Positions 48,901-60,900 of a DNA stretch of 64,000 bases are shown in pieces. The stretch spans positions 22,444,001 through 22,508,000 of the forward strand of contig CM119379.1 in the NCBI GenBank assembly GCA_051294905.1, given 5' to 3'. The notes under the pieces were generated by a model. It searched no databases and was not told where the DNA came from. It worked only from the letters and a program-made list of their open reading frames with translations. Positions within the stretch are counted from its first letter, which is position 1. Each line of letters opens with the position of its first letter. The DNA is from Botryllus schlosseri (taxonomy: Eukaryota). A program made the position numbers and the translations under genes.

Positions 48901-51900
48901 TCTTAATATCCATCTGAATATTGGATCACTGTTAAGGGTGGAACAAGTGAGTTTTGAGACACTTCTTCTGAACATTAACTTTTAAATCGCCTTTCTCTAA
49001 TTGAACTGCTTGAAAGTTTTTCTTTTACCCCACTAACTTGAATAGATTGTTCGCTGCAATTACATCTATGTTTTTACCACATGGCTCCCAATGTGTCTAT
49101 GAGTTAAATCATCTTAAAAAGATGCACACTGCATGGCATATGTGGAAAAAAATCCTAGGATGCAATAAGGAAATACTCTCAGTCACGGCTGTAACCAAGT
49201 CACAAGGCTCCGAGTCACAAGTCCATCTCACTTTCATAGTTCATAGTTCATTTTTAATTCACCACCGAGTCAAGTCCGAGTCCAAGTCATCGAGTAGAGG
49301 GTCGAATCCGAGTCATGGTATTATGACTAGAGTCCGAGTTCAAGTCATTGCGTTGACTGCTCAGTTTAACTCTATTTGATGATATCGAATGGTTCGCATT
49401 TATAATATACCAATTTTCCTCACTTTTAGCAGTTTCTGGTCTTATTTTCAAGTACCAGTACCAATATACGAAATGCCAATAGGGTGGTTACTTTACTACT
49501 CTCCGGCATTACAAGGAAATGTCGGTCTTGGCCGTCTGAACCTCGAGTCATATGACTTGGTTCGAGTCATGCGCAATGACTCGAGTCCAAGTCGAGTCAA
49601 TACACAGGTTGACTCGAGTCGTTTCATTTCCGTATTTTGAGAAAATGACTCGAGTCAAGTCGAGTCATCTGAAAATATTGACTCGAGTCGAGTCATGACT
49701 CGTGTCATTACAACCCTGCTCTTAGTGCCTTGTTTTATGGAGGGTTATCCCTTTTTCACTGTACTCTGCGATAGAGACGAATGCATTGCTAGCTTCAAAT
49801 GAATCAATGCTATGAAGTGATCTGTCTCATGACATGCTTATAGAAAAGTAGCTTGTTGGATCGGTGGATCCAGACAAGTACTTCGTTTTCCATTTTGTTA
49901 GGTACATCACCAAAAAGTTTTGCTCGTAACGCGGATGTGCAGTCCCTCCGAAAATATGTGAATCGGACCTTAACAAGACTGGGCAGAAAAGAAGCCCGCA
50001 CGGAGCAGGGAACAACGTTATCAAAAAAATCCATCAAGTCGATAGTGAAATCAGCCATGTCTTCTCTGAATGAGTCAATTGCCCATAATCGAGAAGCTAT
50101 TGATCAGATTAGGAATCTGCCGAGGACCGTAAGTCTCCTGGAATCACAGGTATCAAATTTCCTGTATCCACCTTTTCAACAACTCTTTGCAAAATTTAAC
50201 TTGAGATTGCTGTAGGCCTTATTTTGCTTGATTGATTTTATTCTTTGGTCAAAAACTCGGCTTGCGTGACATTAGTATCGAGTTCGTGTGATTCTGAGAT
50301 ATCATGCATAGTGTTTTCTGAATCGTTCAATATGTTTGTAATATCAATTTCATGAATATTGTGTCCTTTATCGAATAAAACTTCAATATATTAACATATT
50401 TGTGATATAATCATGGCATTTTCTTTCAGCTCGCGAGTTATTCTTCAGAAGTTCAGGCCATCCCACAACTGCGTAACGACATTGCGGGTATTGTGACGAT
50501 GAAAAATTTGGTTCTACGCAACTCTGCTGACATCACAAAAATCCATCATTCCGTCACAACCGGCGAAGTGTCTCTGATCGAGTTTTATTCGAAACTGGAT
50601 AGTCTCGACAAAACCGTTCAGAATCTGCAGATTATAGCATCCGACCTTGAGTAAGTTGATCACAATTTTCTGTGATGTGGAAGCCGCCCCTGCCCTATAC
50701 TGTTTTAGGCATATTGTTTCAAAACCTGTCTTAATCTCTCAAATAACAACCTGTACGATTGCAAGCAATTTAGCCTCAATTATCTAGTTGATATGTGCTT
50801 CAAATGAATTCCTTCTCTGTGAGTGAACTATATTCATATGACATAGTTGATGAAAGATATTTCTATTACTAGGATCGACAACTCCGCGCTTCATTCCGAC
50901 ATCCGCAAACTGAATAGCTCAGCGTTAGATGCAGCTTACGGACTGTCATTTTTCAAAAATGTTGTTGGTTACAACATTTCTCAAGTCATGTACAACGTTC
51001 AAGATCTGTCTTCAGCAATAATAACTACCAATACCGAAGTCAAGTACGTTGACTCTAAGATCAGCAATTTGGAACGTGATTTCGACAATCAAGGCACAGC
51101 GTTTGAAGTGTACAAAGCTGGGATTAACATGTCTTTTCACCAAGTGGACAACCGTCTCTCTCAAATTGATCGTTCCATAATCCAAGCTAATGATATGATA
51201 TCGAACACCAACACCAAGTTAGGTGAGGAAGCAGAGTCATTGAAACGCAGGATAGAGGAAAACAAAGACTTAATCAGAGATATAACCGGGGATGTCGGGC
51301 ATTTGAGATCAACTGTGGACAGAACAAGAGAGGAAGATTTCCGTGCTACTACAGAACGAAATGAAATTGGGTCGAGAATGGATGTATTGACTGGTATGCG
51401 ATTAATATCCTTCATTATCATTATCAACCTGATCATTATTCAACTTGTTCGGATATTGTTGAAGCCAGAGAATTAATATTTATGAGTATTAATATATACT
51501 TGTCATGAGTCTCGAGACCATGTTGTAGCAGAAACCATAATATGGTGCTTGGAGATGATTTTCAATCGCAGGACGGTTTGCTCGAATATTTTATGGCTCC
51601 AAATACTGTATACAGGATCATGCAATGGTTTTCTGAGTTCTGAATATTTTTACCCTGATTTCAGCTAATGTCAGAGACCAGGCTATGTCTGTGGCCACCC
51701 TACAGAGTCAAGTAGGGGACTCCGGGTCGACTTTGATTACCATGGACTCGCGTATCAATTCTTTGGAAAGTGTGGCCACTCGATTTGGTGATTTTGAAGA
51801 ATCAACGAATAGAAGATTTAGAACAGAGGTATTCGGCATCTTATAATTACACATATTATAATGATGATCTGGTCTATATGACATCAGTGTTTTGCAAATA

Positions 51901-54900
51901 TATTGTATTCGAAAAGAGCTATAATCATACATGCTCCAAATGGCATGGTCTTTTCATACACAACAGCCAAAGATATTGTACTATGAATGAGTATTTGGTA
52001 TTGAATAATTGAAATATGGATTAAATGTGTCTGAAATTTATGAATATTGATTCAAAGTTATATGTGTATAAAACACAGTATTCCCGCATTTTTTAATGCA
52101 TTGGGAAAAATTTACCGAACGAACAACCAAAGATGTTTACATCCATTTACCTTGGATAGGGCCTATTTCCACCCGCTTTGGAAAGCAATTGATTTCAGCG
52201 GTCAATAAGTGTTACGACACAGTGAAGACCAACGTGATTTTCACGACAACGCAACTGCTCCCTGCAACACGTAAAGACGTGCTACCCGCACTTCAGCAAA
52301 GCAATGTAGTTTACGAATTTAAGTGTCACTGTGATTGTGGCTACGTGGGAAGAACGTCAAAGCGCTTGCAGGAACGCATAAATCAGCATGTCCCTAGATT
52401 CATTAGAACACGCTCGGTGAAAAGCTCACCCTTAACTCACCCGCTCAAGATTGATGCGGACCAATCAAAGGCCATAAATTCTGCAATTGGCAAACACTTG
52501 TTGGATAATCCCGCCTGAGCGAAAAATTATCGAGACGACAGGTTTCGCATACTGGGAAAGGGTCGCTCACACTTTCATTTGTGTGCCTGGAGTCGACTTT
52601 TATCAAAATACACCAGCCAAGGCTGTGTCAACAAAAAGAGTTCGTGTATCATCTAAAAATAGTACATTGAACGCTCTCGTATTCGACATTTCGTGCTGGT
52701 GACGTCATATTTTGTGTTACGATTGTTGATATACGCTGTTCTTTCAAATTCTCTACTAGTTGCTGACGATTACCCCTGACGAGTGTCAGCCGAAAATATT
52801 CGGGTTCATTTCAATATGAATATACTATTCAATGGGAAAAATTTGTTAATAATGAAATCAACTCTTCCAATGCAGTGGACACAGAGTGGTGATATAAATA
52901 TGAACAATTCATATGTTTGGGACAGCAAGTAATCGCAACAATTTTTTATGCGTTTCCATTACATGCTATTGTTATGCTTATAAAATATCAATGCTCTTGT
53001 GCCTAGTAGGAATAGTTTAGGGATTTTGAAATATAATTTTCTTGTCTTGTAATTTTTAAACACTTTGAGAATTTTTTCTGGATAAATCTAGAATTAACCA
53101 ATATACACTAATTGCAGAATTCTTGTATAGTGGGCAACTGAACAATTGAACTCTAATCATTTCTCAGCTGAATGTGACGAGGGAGGTTCGGCAAAAGATC
53201 TTGGAACAGTTCTCAAGGCTGGAAAGCATTGACACCCAAATGAACGAATTAATCAATTCGGTCCATATTGCACAAAGCAATATTATGGCCCAACGAAACG
53301 ATTTCAAGTCTCTATTTGATCGGTCAGCAAATCAGTCACAATCTTTGCGTCGACTCGCTCAAAGACTGCAGAATGACTTCACAGGTTTGGGAAAGGTTGT
53401 CTCGCCAAGAATGTAGAGGATAGGAAATGTCAAGGTCTTTTAATTCGGTATAAGTTTTCCTGCATCAGTTTTTGGCTAAACTGATTAGTTCAAAGTAAAG
53501 TAGTTCAAAACTCCCTATCATTTTGTATTTGTTCCAATTCTATCTAATGAATATGGTTGTCTGTGCAGGATCTAATGTTACGAGGGAATTGTACCGAAAA
53601 ATCAATGAGCTTCACCGAACGATTGGAAGTGTGAAGAGTGAAATAAATGCCTTTTCCGCCAAGGAAACGGCTCAAAAGGCTCGGTTTGAAGATATAGAGA
53701 ATGATGTTTCGGGATTACAAACTAGGTGGGATGTGACGATGTATAATTCAGATTTTAGATAGCAGGTCATTCAGATTTTGTAATTGCTCTTAATTCTGTA
53801 GTTTTAAGTTTCCGTATGAATAAAAATTTCACACCATCGTGTCGCATCAGTGTCCTGCATAAACTCAGCTGTAATTTAGGATTTATTTATCCGACACAGT
53901 ATTACTGTTGATTCGATAGGTGTCAACCATTTCCAGTTGAATTTCAATTCAATTTCTACTGAGTTAGATTTTTCCAGATTTGAATAGAGAAGTGACCACA
54001 TTGTATTCAGAAGTTACAGAGCCATTTGTGGTCTCAAACTACAAAACCATCGCCGTAAAACGACAGCTACAAAATTCTCTGTCAACATATATTTTTAGTG
54101 GTTGGGAACACTCGAATAAGAATACGGAACAAGATAATTTGCTGAAGAACTTGAGATCTCAGTTGGATCAGACTAAAGAAAAAGGTCGATTGATGGAAGA
54201 GAGTCTCAGTACAACGGGAAGTCAGTTACAACAATTCAAACAGGTATCAATCTTTCCAAATACGCTTGTTTGCGCAACGTATAAATGTTTTATACCAGCA
54301 ACTTTCTTTGGCATGTGCAAGAAACATTTGATTACCTTCTTCAAATCAGTATACACATCTACTGTTCCGCTCAAGGTTGATGCTGAACAATCAAAGGCCA
54401 TAAATACTGCAATTGGCAAACACTTGTCGGGTAATCCCGCCTGTACAAAAAATTATCGAGACAACCGATTTCGCATACTCGGAAGGGGTCGTTCACACTT
54501 TCATTTGTGTGCCTTGGAGTCGACTTTTATCAAAATACACCAGCGAAGGCTGTGTCAACAAAAGGAGTTCGTGTATCATCTAAAAATAGTACATTGAACG
54601 CTCTTGTTTTCGACATTTCATGCTGGTGACGTCATATTTTGTGCTACGATTGTTGATATACGATGCTCTTTCGAATTCTCTACTAGTTGCTGACGCCCTG
54701 ACGAGTATCAGTCGAAAATATTCATGTTCATTTCAATATGAATATACTACTCAATTTTATATTGAAGTTCGGTACCTCCAAGAAGCTGTTCACAACAGAG
54801 AGTGTAAAATCGCAGTTACGGTATGATTTGGATTGCAAATGAAAGTCTCAGAAATTAGGAATTCAGTCAATTTTTTCCATTGGGATATTAAATGTTACCA

Positions 54901-57900
54901 ATGCGCAACAGCTTTCATTTACCGCTTCCTTGTATTCAACAGAATTACTATTATTTCAGTTTTTACAATTACTCAAGCAATACGCATGTAATATTGTATT
55001 CGCTTGAAAATAGCCAAGATTATCAGTCATCTTTGAAATTGGTTTTTTAGGTTTCTGATAGAAATTCGGAGGATCTATCGGAGATGAAAACATGGCGAGA
55101 CGATATGGATTATGCTGTGTATTTTCTCGACAAATTCACTACCAATCTTATTAACAACAGCAGAGAAGCGACTATTGCCAATAGACGCCTCTCAGCTCGG
55201 GTATGAAGAAAATACAGTAGCTAGACTGAATACATGTATATCGTGTTACAAATTATATTACTCTCTATGAAAATTGATAAGAATCACCTGAAAGCATAGT
55301 TACTCGAAATTTGCTATGCACTGCTATTTTATGTCTCAAAACTTAGGAATATCCATTTTTACAGGTGCTGCAACTCGAATCCCAAGGGCAATCTTTTGCT
55401 CTGCAAGTCGATACTGTGAAGAGAATTGTGGACTCAAATGCCGCTGGTCTCGCACAACAATACTCGCAAGTTAACAGTCTTATCAGAAAAGATTCAGAGC
55501 TTGACTTATCGTTGGAAAGAGTGAAACAGAAGCTGACCGGCATTGATGCATTGCGGGTTGATTTGTCAGATGTGACTGATAGGTATTATTTTTACAGTAA
55601 ATCTTGTTAGCACTTTAATTGTGTTCTATGGTTCTATGGATGTCGCATCCACCACCATGTCGCGATTGATATCAACGCAAAAAGCATGAAAATTCTGTGA
55701 AATTTTATTACCATAATTTAATATTGTTACATACATATGCATTTCCAAAATGAGGGTATAAGTTCTAGTTTCTGCTGCAATGATGTGCAAAATTTTGAAT
55801 TTACGAAGTGTGACCATGATAGGACGTCATACAGGATACTGCATGGAGTGAATCACACAAAAGAATATAATCAATTAATCAAATAATGTGATAAATTAGT
55901 TTGATTAGAAATTGAGATAATGCCCTCTTATCACCTGTCTTGTTTTGCAGGACCACAGGCCTTTCAAAGTCTGTTTCGAGACACAAGACGCAGCTTGCAA
56001 ATCTCGGTACAAAATCGAACTATATTTACGACGAAGTAAATGCCACCACCTACAGGCTGAACGAGATCATGTCTGATTTCCATGATGAAAATCGTAAGCG
56101 ATATGCTCGGGAGACGGCGTTGGTCAGCAGTATTAGGGATGCGCAGCGATCAATCTCCAGAGTCAACACAAGCATTAGTTATACTCGGGTATATATTGAA
56201 ATTTTTATTTTTCCTCAGAGCTTTTGATCTCAGTTTTATAATAATTCATTGATGACATTCGATACTACATTTACTAGTTTATGCTGGATTTTCTGTGTCA
56301 TTTCGATGAAATCACAAAAATCACATCACATCGCGTTTGGACTATAAAACGACTAAGGTACCTCTTTCATGGGATGATCTGTTGCAGTGTGCAGTGTAAT
56401 TGTCACCATTGTTGTCTCGTTATTAATTACATTAATTCATCAACAGGCTAGTCTTCTATCCTTGACTGCAGATCTATCAATGAAAAGACAGCTAATTGAC
56501 AACGTCTCATCTGATGTTGATCAAATGAGGAGCATTATGGGTGAGAAAACACAATTTTTGCCGGTATTCAAGCAATGCAATGGTAATACTGGTTATATGC
56601 AATACAATGGCATGCTAGGAGGGAATAGAAATAGAAAGATTTAGTATTCAGACCACAAATACTCGAAAATCATGTGATCACGCGATAAAGAAATAATTAC
56701 TTCCATCATGTGATTAAGTAGTTGGCTTAAAGATCTGTCACTTGGTATAAGAAACCTCTAACGGACAAATAACTGTATTTCTAAGACCTATTATTCAAGT
56801 ATAATTCGATATTTTGTGATACCCATTAAATTGATTACTTTTGTGCTTATTTTGAAATGGCGTAATATCAGCTATCTTAATTTCCCAAGTCACCGGTGAA
56901 GATTTGCGTGACTTGAAAACTCAGCTGAAAAAACGCTTGAGCAATATCTCCATGGATGTCGAAGAAAATCTTCAGTTCGTTGAAGCCTTGTCGCACAAAC
57001 TAAATCAGGTAGTCACTATTTGCGTTTTAAGGTTTTATCTACTACAAAATATCTCCAAACAAGAAAAATTGTCCTTTTACAATGAACTTCTGTAGTAGGT
57101 ATACATATACAGTGGACTATTTGTTATATTCCTTTATATCTGTTCACATTCATACTTGTATTACATTTATGATATTTGATCATTAGACTTCATCGTTGAT
57201 GTCTTTCATTTTTCTCATGTGTCCCAATCTCTTGAATATGCATTGATGACTATCGACACTACATATTGGTGTAAGTCTGTAAAATATTCAGTTACAGTGA
57301 TACAGGGCCTATTTTGCCCTGACAAAAATTTCATTGTTCTGAAATCAATTGTGTTTTTTCTTCCATTATTTCCACAAGGCGTCAGAGGAGTTTCAATCAG
57401 CCAGAGAGCAGGATATCATCCGAGATTTGTTGCTGGAAAATTTATCAACTTCTCTTCAAGCTCAAAACGTCTCGATTAAGGATATTGCAAAGTGGAAAAA
57501 TTACGTTACAGCTGAACTGTCAGACATGCTACTTCATCAAGAAGCTCTTGCGTCTAACTTCTCAGTCTTTAGACACGATACTCTAAATACGACTCGTATT
57601 TGGTATGTCAATTTTATTTTTCGGGCTCATAGTACTAACGTGTAAGTTTATAAGTCTACATGTCCAACATTAATTTACATCTTCCTTTCCGATACCTAGT
57701 GTTTTTTCGAATTTACTTGAGATGTTGGTCGCTTCACTTAGGATCATGACTTTGGAAGAAGAAATCTCAGAGCTTCACCAAAACGCTCAAGCTACCAGTC
57801 GGAAAATCGACACTGGAAATGCCAATATTTCGGTTCTTCTAAGTGATATGGAATCCAGAACACAAGTTAGCTGTCACCTATGTGTGTCTCGTAATAGTTT

Positions 57901-60900
57901 GCAACATAACATCGATTTTGTGCAGGTATCAATTTCAGCCATGGAAGAGAACTTAACCCTATTGCAACTTGGCGCAGATCGAATGTTGAGCGGAGAACTT
58001 GGTCAGTTGAGGGTTAATCAACGAAATCTATCCCGTGCCGTCTTCAGTTCAGAATTATTGATTGACAAATTACAAGACGAATTGGAGTTATTGAAACAAT
58101 GGCAATCGGCGAAGTTGAAAAAATCATCGTTGGCTCAACATTTCCAGTCGAAGATTATGAAAAAGGTCCGATTTATAATTTATGTGTACGTGAGCAGTAT
58201 GATGTGGGGATCTGCTTTTTGTTTCTATATCATTTCAATGACTATATTGACTGCTATCATGGAATATACACTAGATTTCAAGCAGGTAGTAGGTTATCAG
58301 TAAGTAAATACTTGTACTTTTACGGATTACATTACAACTACAGTATTTACTTACTTTCCAAAGTTACATGATCGAGTCAACTTTACAACATGATCATTGA
58401 TTCTCGATAACCTTGGATTCAAATTAATCTCTAATTAGATGGGAGTTCGAGAGGGAAGAAAAGGGGAGACACAATTCATAGAGAGACACATCCCAGACGA
58501 CTACGACGTTGATGATGTGGATGAGTCCACCTGGGTGATGGTGGGAATGGCATTGTTGGCGATTGACCAAGACACGCTATTGACCAATCTGAGTGGAGAA
58601 ATAGAGGAGAACAGAATTGAGATTATCGCAGATCGGATGCAAATAAGGCACAACTTCTCTGTCGTCCAGCAAGATGTTACAAACTTGTAAGTAGTGATTG
58701 AATTTAACAAAGCAAAGAGATGGTATTCAAATGCAAAAATGCACCTAGATATGTGAAATTTAACTTTTATTGCTCCAGGTCAAAAGATATGATCCGTGTT
58801 TCGGAACGTCTTGACGATACCTCGATGCGCGTAGAAAAATCGCTGACAAGCTACTCGGAACTATCGTCTGTGACACGTGCAGTTCAAAATATGGTATCGC
58901 TCACGCACAGCAAAGTTGTAAATTTGTCATCGAGAACAGAGGTGATGCTATTTCTATTTTAAATCCTAATTTTTGTAGAATAGGTAGAATAGCTTATGGT
59001 GAGTAGATGTTGGCAAATAATTATTGGAAATAATTGAAACCTGTTATATTATTGATATACTGTATCTGTACATCATATATTGGTCTGTGTTAGGCTACCA
59101 GATTTATTTGTAAATTATTCAGTTATTTGAGTTCAATCAATCTTATTTGTCAGCAAATTCATAATGTCAGTAAAAGTATCTTGAAACTGAAAAAGTTTGT
59201 GGAAAACTTGGAGGCTAAAAATCGGCTGGAGTTTGAGAGAATTTCTTCTCTGCTGACGTCCACTTCCAACCTTACGGAACAACAGATGATGGATGTGATG
59301 TCTGAGAGCTTGAACTCTTTGAATGCATCTGTCCAGAGGAAATTGTCCGATCTCGAAGCGGCTGACGTGCGTGAGCAATTGGATGTGAAGGTGAAATTCT
59401 GTGAAGGCTCCAATGTTTTTATCAGAAGTATTAAAATTCTGGAGTAATTCTGCCGACATTGCAGATCGAGGGTCTCAACTCGACTGTACGTGTGTTATCG
59501 CGTTCTCTAGAAGATTTCAACGACCAGTTTGCATCTATTGCCGACCATGTTCCGCCAATGCGATTCAACGGCACTGAATTACCTGTCGTAAACGCCATAC
59601 TCTGCGAAAGGAGTATGCCGTTCTTGCATTTGTGCCGAAAAAAATATGTTGCTGCCTTGAAAAGAGAAGTGGAGTAAGTAATTCTCGGGAAATCATGCTT
59701 CGACTTCTTTAATCAGATAATAAACACTGAAAAGCAAGTACCTATCAACTGATAAGTGATTTTCAACTGTGAGATATGTAATGCATTTGCTTGGCGTTCG
59801 ACACTGATTCTATATATGTTTCAACATTCTTGATAATATATATACTTATTTTCCACTTTAGGTATGTCAGATATGGAGACTTATTCCAATATCTGTACGA
59901 AGAGACTCAACGATTAAAATATATACCCCATCATATCAATTCGGTCACTGAAATGACAGAGACAATCTCAAAAGAGAAACAGTACTTTGAACTGGTTGTG
60001 CAACAAGTAAGTTTTTGTGCATTCATTCCTGTTCCCTGTCCAAACAGTGTGGTCAATGTACACTTTATTGGCAATATGCTTTTTGGGCAGTACGTTGAAG
60101 AACTAAACTCGTCTCTATGGAATGTTTCTCGTGAATCCAGAGAAACGACGGATAGATTGCGTGTAATTGAAGCAGTCCACAGCGATAGATTGGACCTTGT
60201 AGAACATCAATCAGTTTTGACACAAAACACCGTCAATAACATTGCCAGCAATGTTTCCAGCTTGTGTACTACCGTCAGTCCTTTATCGGGGATGCCTAAA
60301 GCTGTCGCTGATCTAGAACGTGAGGTGGCGCACAATGCGGAGATATTCAAGTCTGCGGTAAGCATGTCATTGTTACAACTTCACACTGTCTTACTAGTGA
60401 GCACAACATGCCTCGTTTCCAAGTCTGCGCTTGAAGATTACCTTTTCGTATGCTGTATATAATCATCATAATGTTGTAAATAAGAACAAGACTTGAATTA
60501 TGCTTACCTATCACACCCATGGGCAATGTCGGCTTCTTTCTGTCTATTACAAAGTATACCAAACTAAAATTTTACTTCCAGTTGAATGGCAGCATCAGCA
60601 GCAATCAGAAGAATATCGTGTATCTCAACGAGAGACTAAAGGAAAGTTCTGACAAAGTTTTATCCCGATCGAAAGATATGTATGTGAATCTTCAGTCGAA
60701 GGTGACTTCCCAGTAAGTTACCTCGGTGTTTTCCCGCTGTATTCTGGAGATGGTCAAATAAGTTGGATTGCAACGTGTATTTTCTTAGATTGTCATCTAT
60801 AGAAGATAAGCAATCAATGAACTATGGGTTTTTGGATTCGAAAGTTTCAAGCCAAGAGGCAGACATCGAAAATCTATTCAACTTTCGAGTGGATTTAGTG

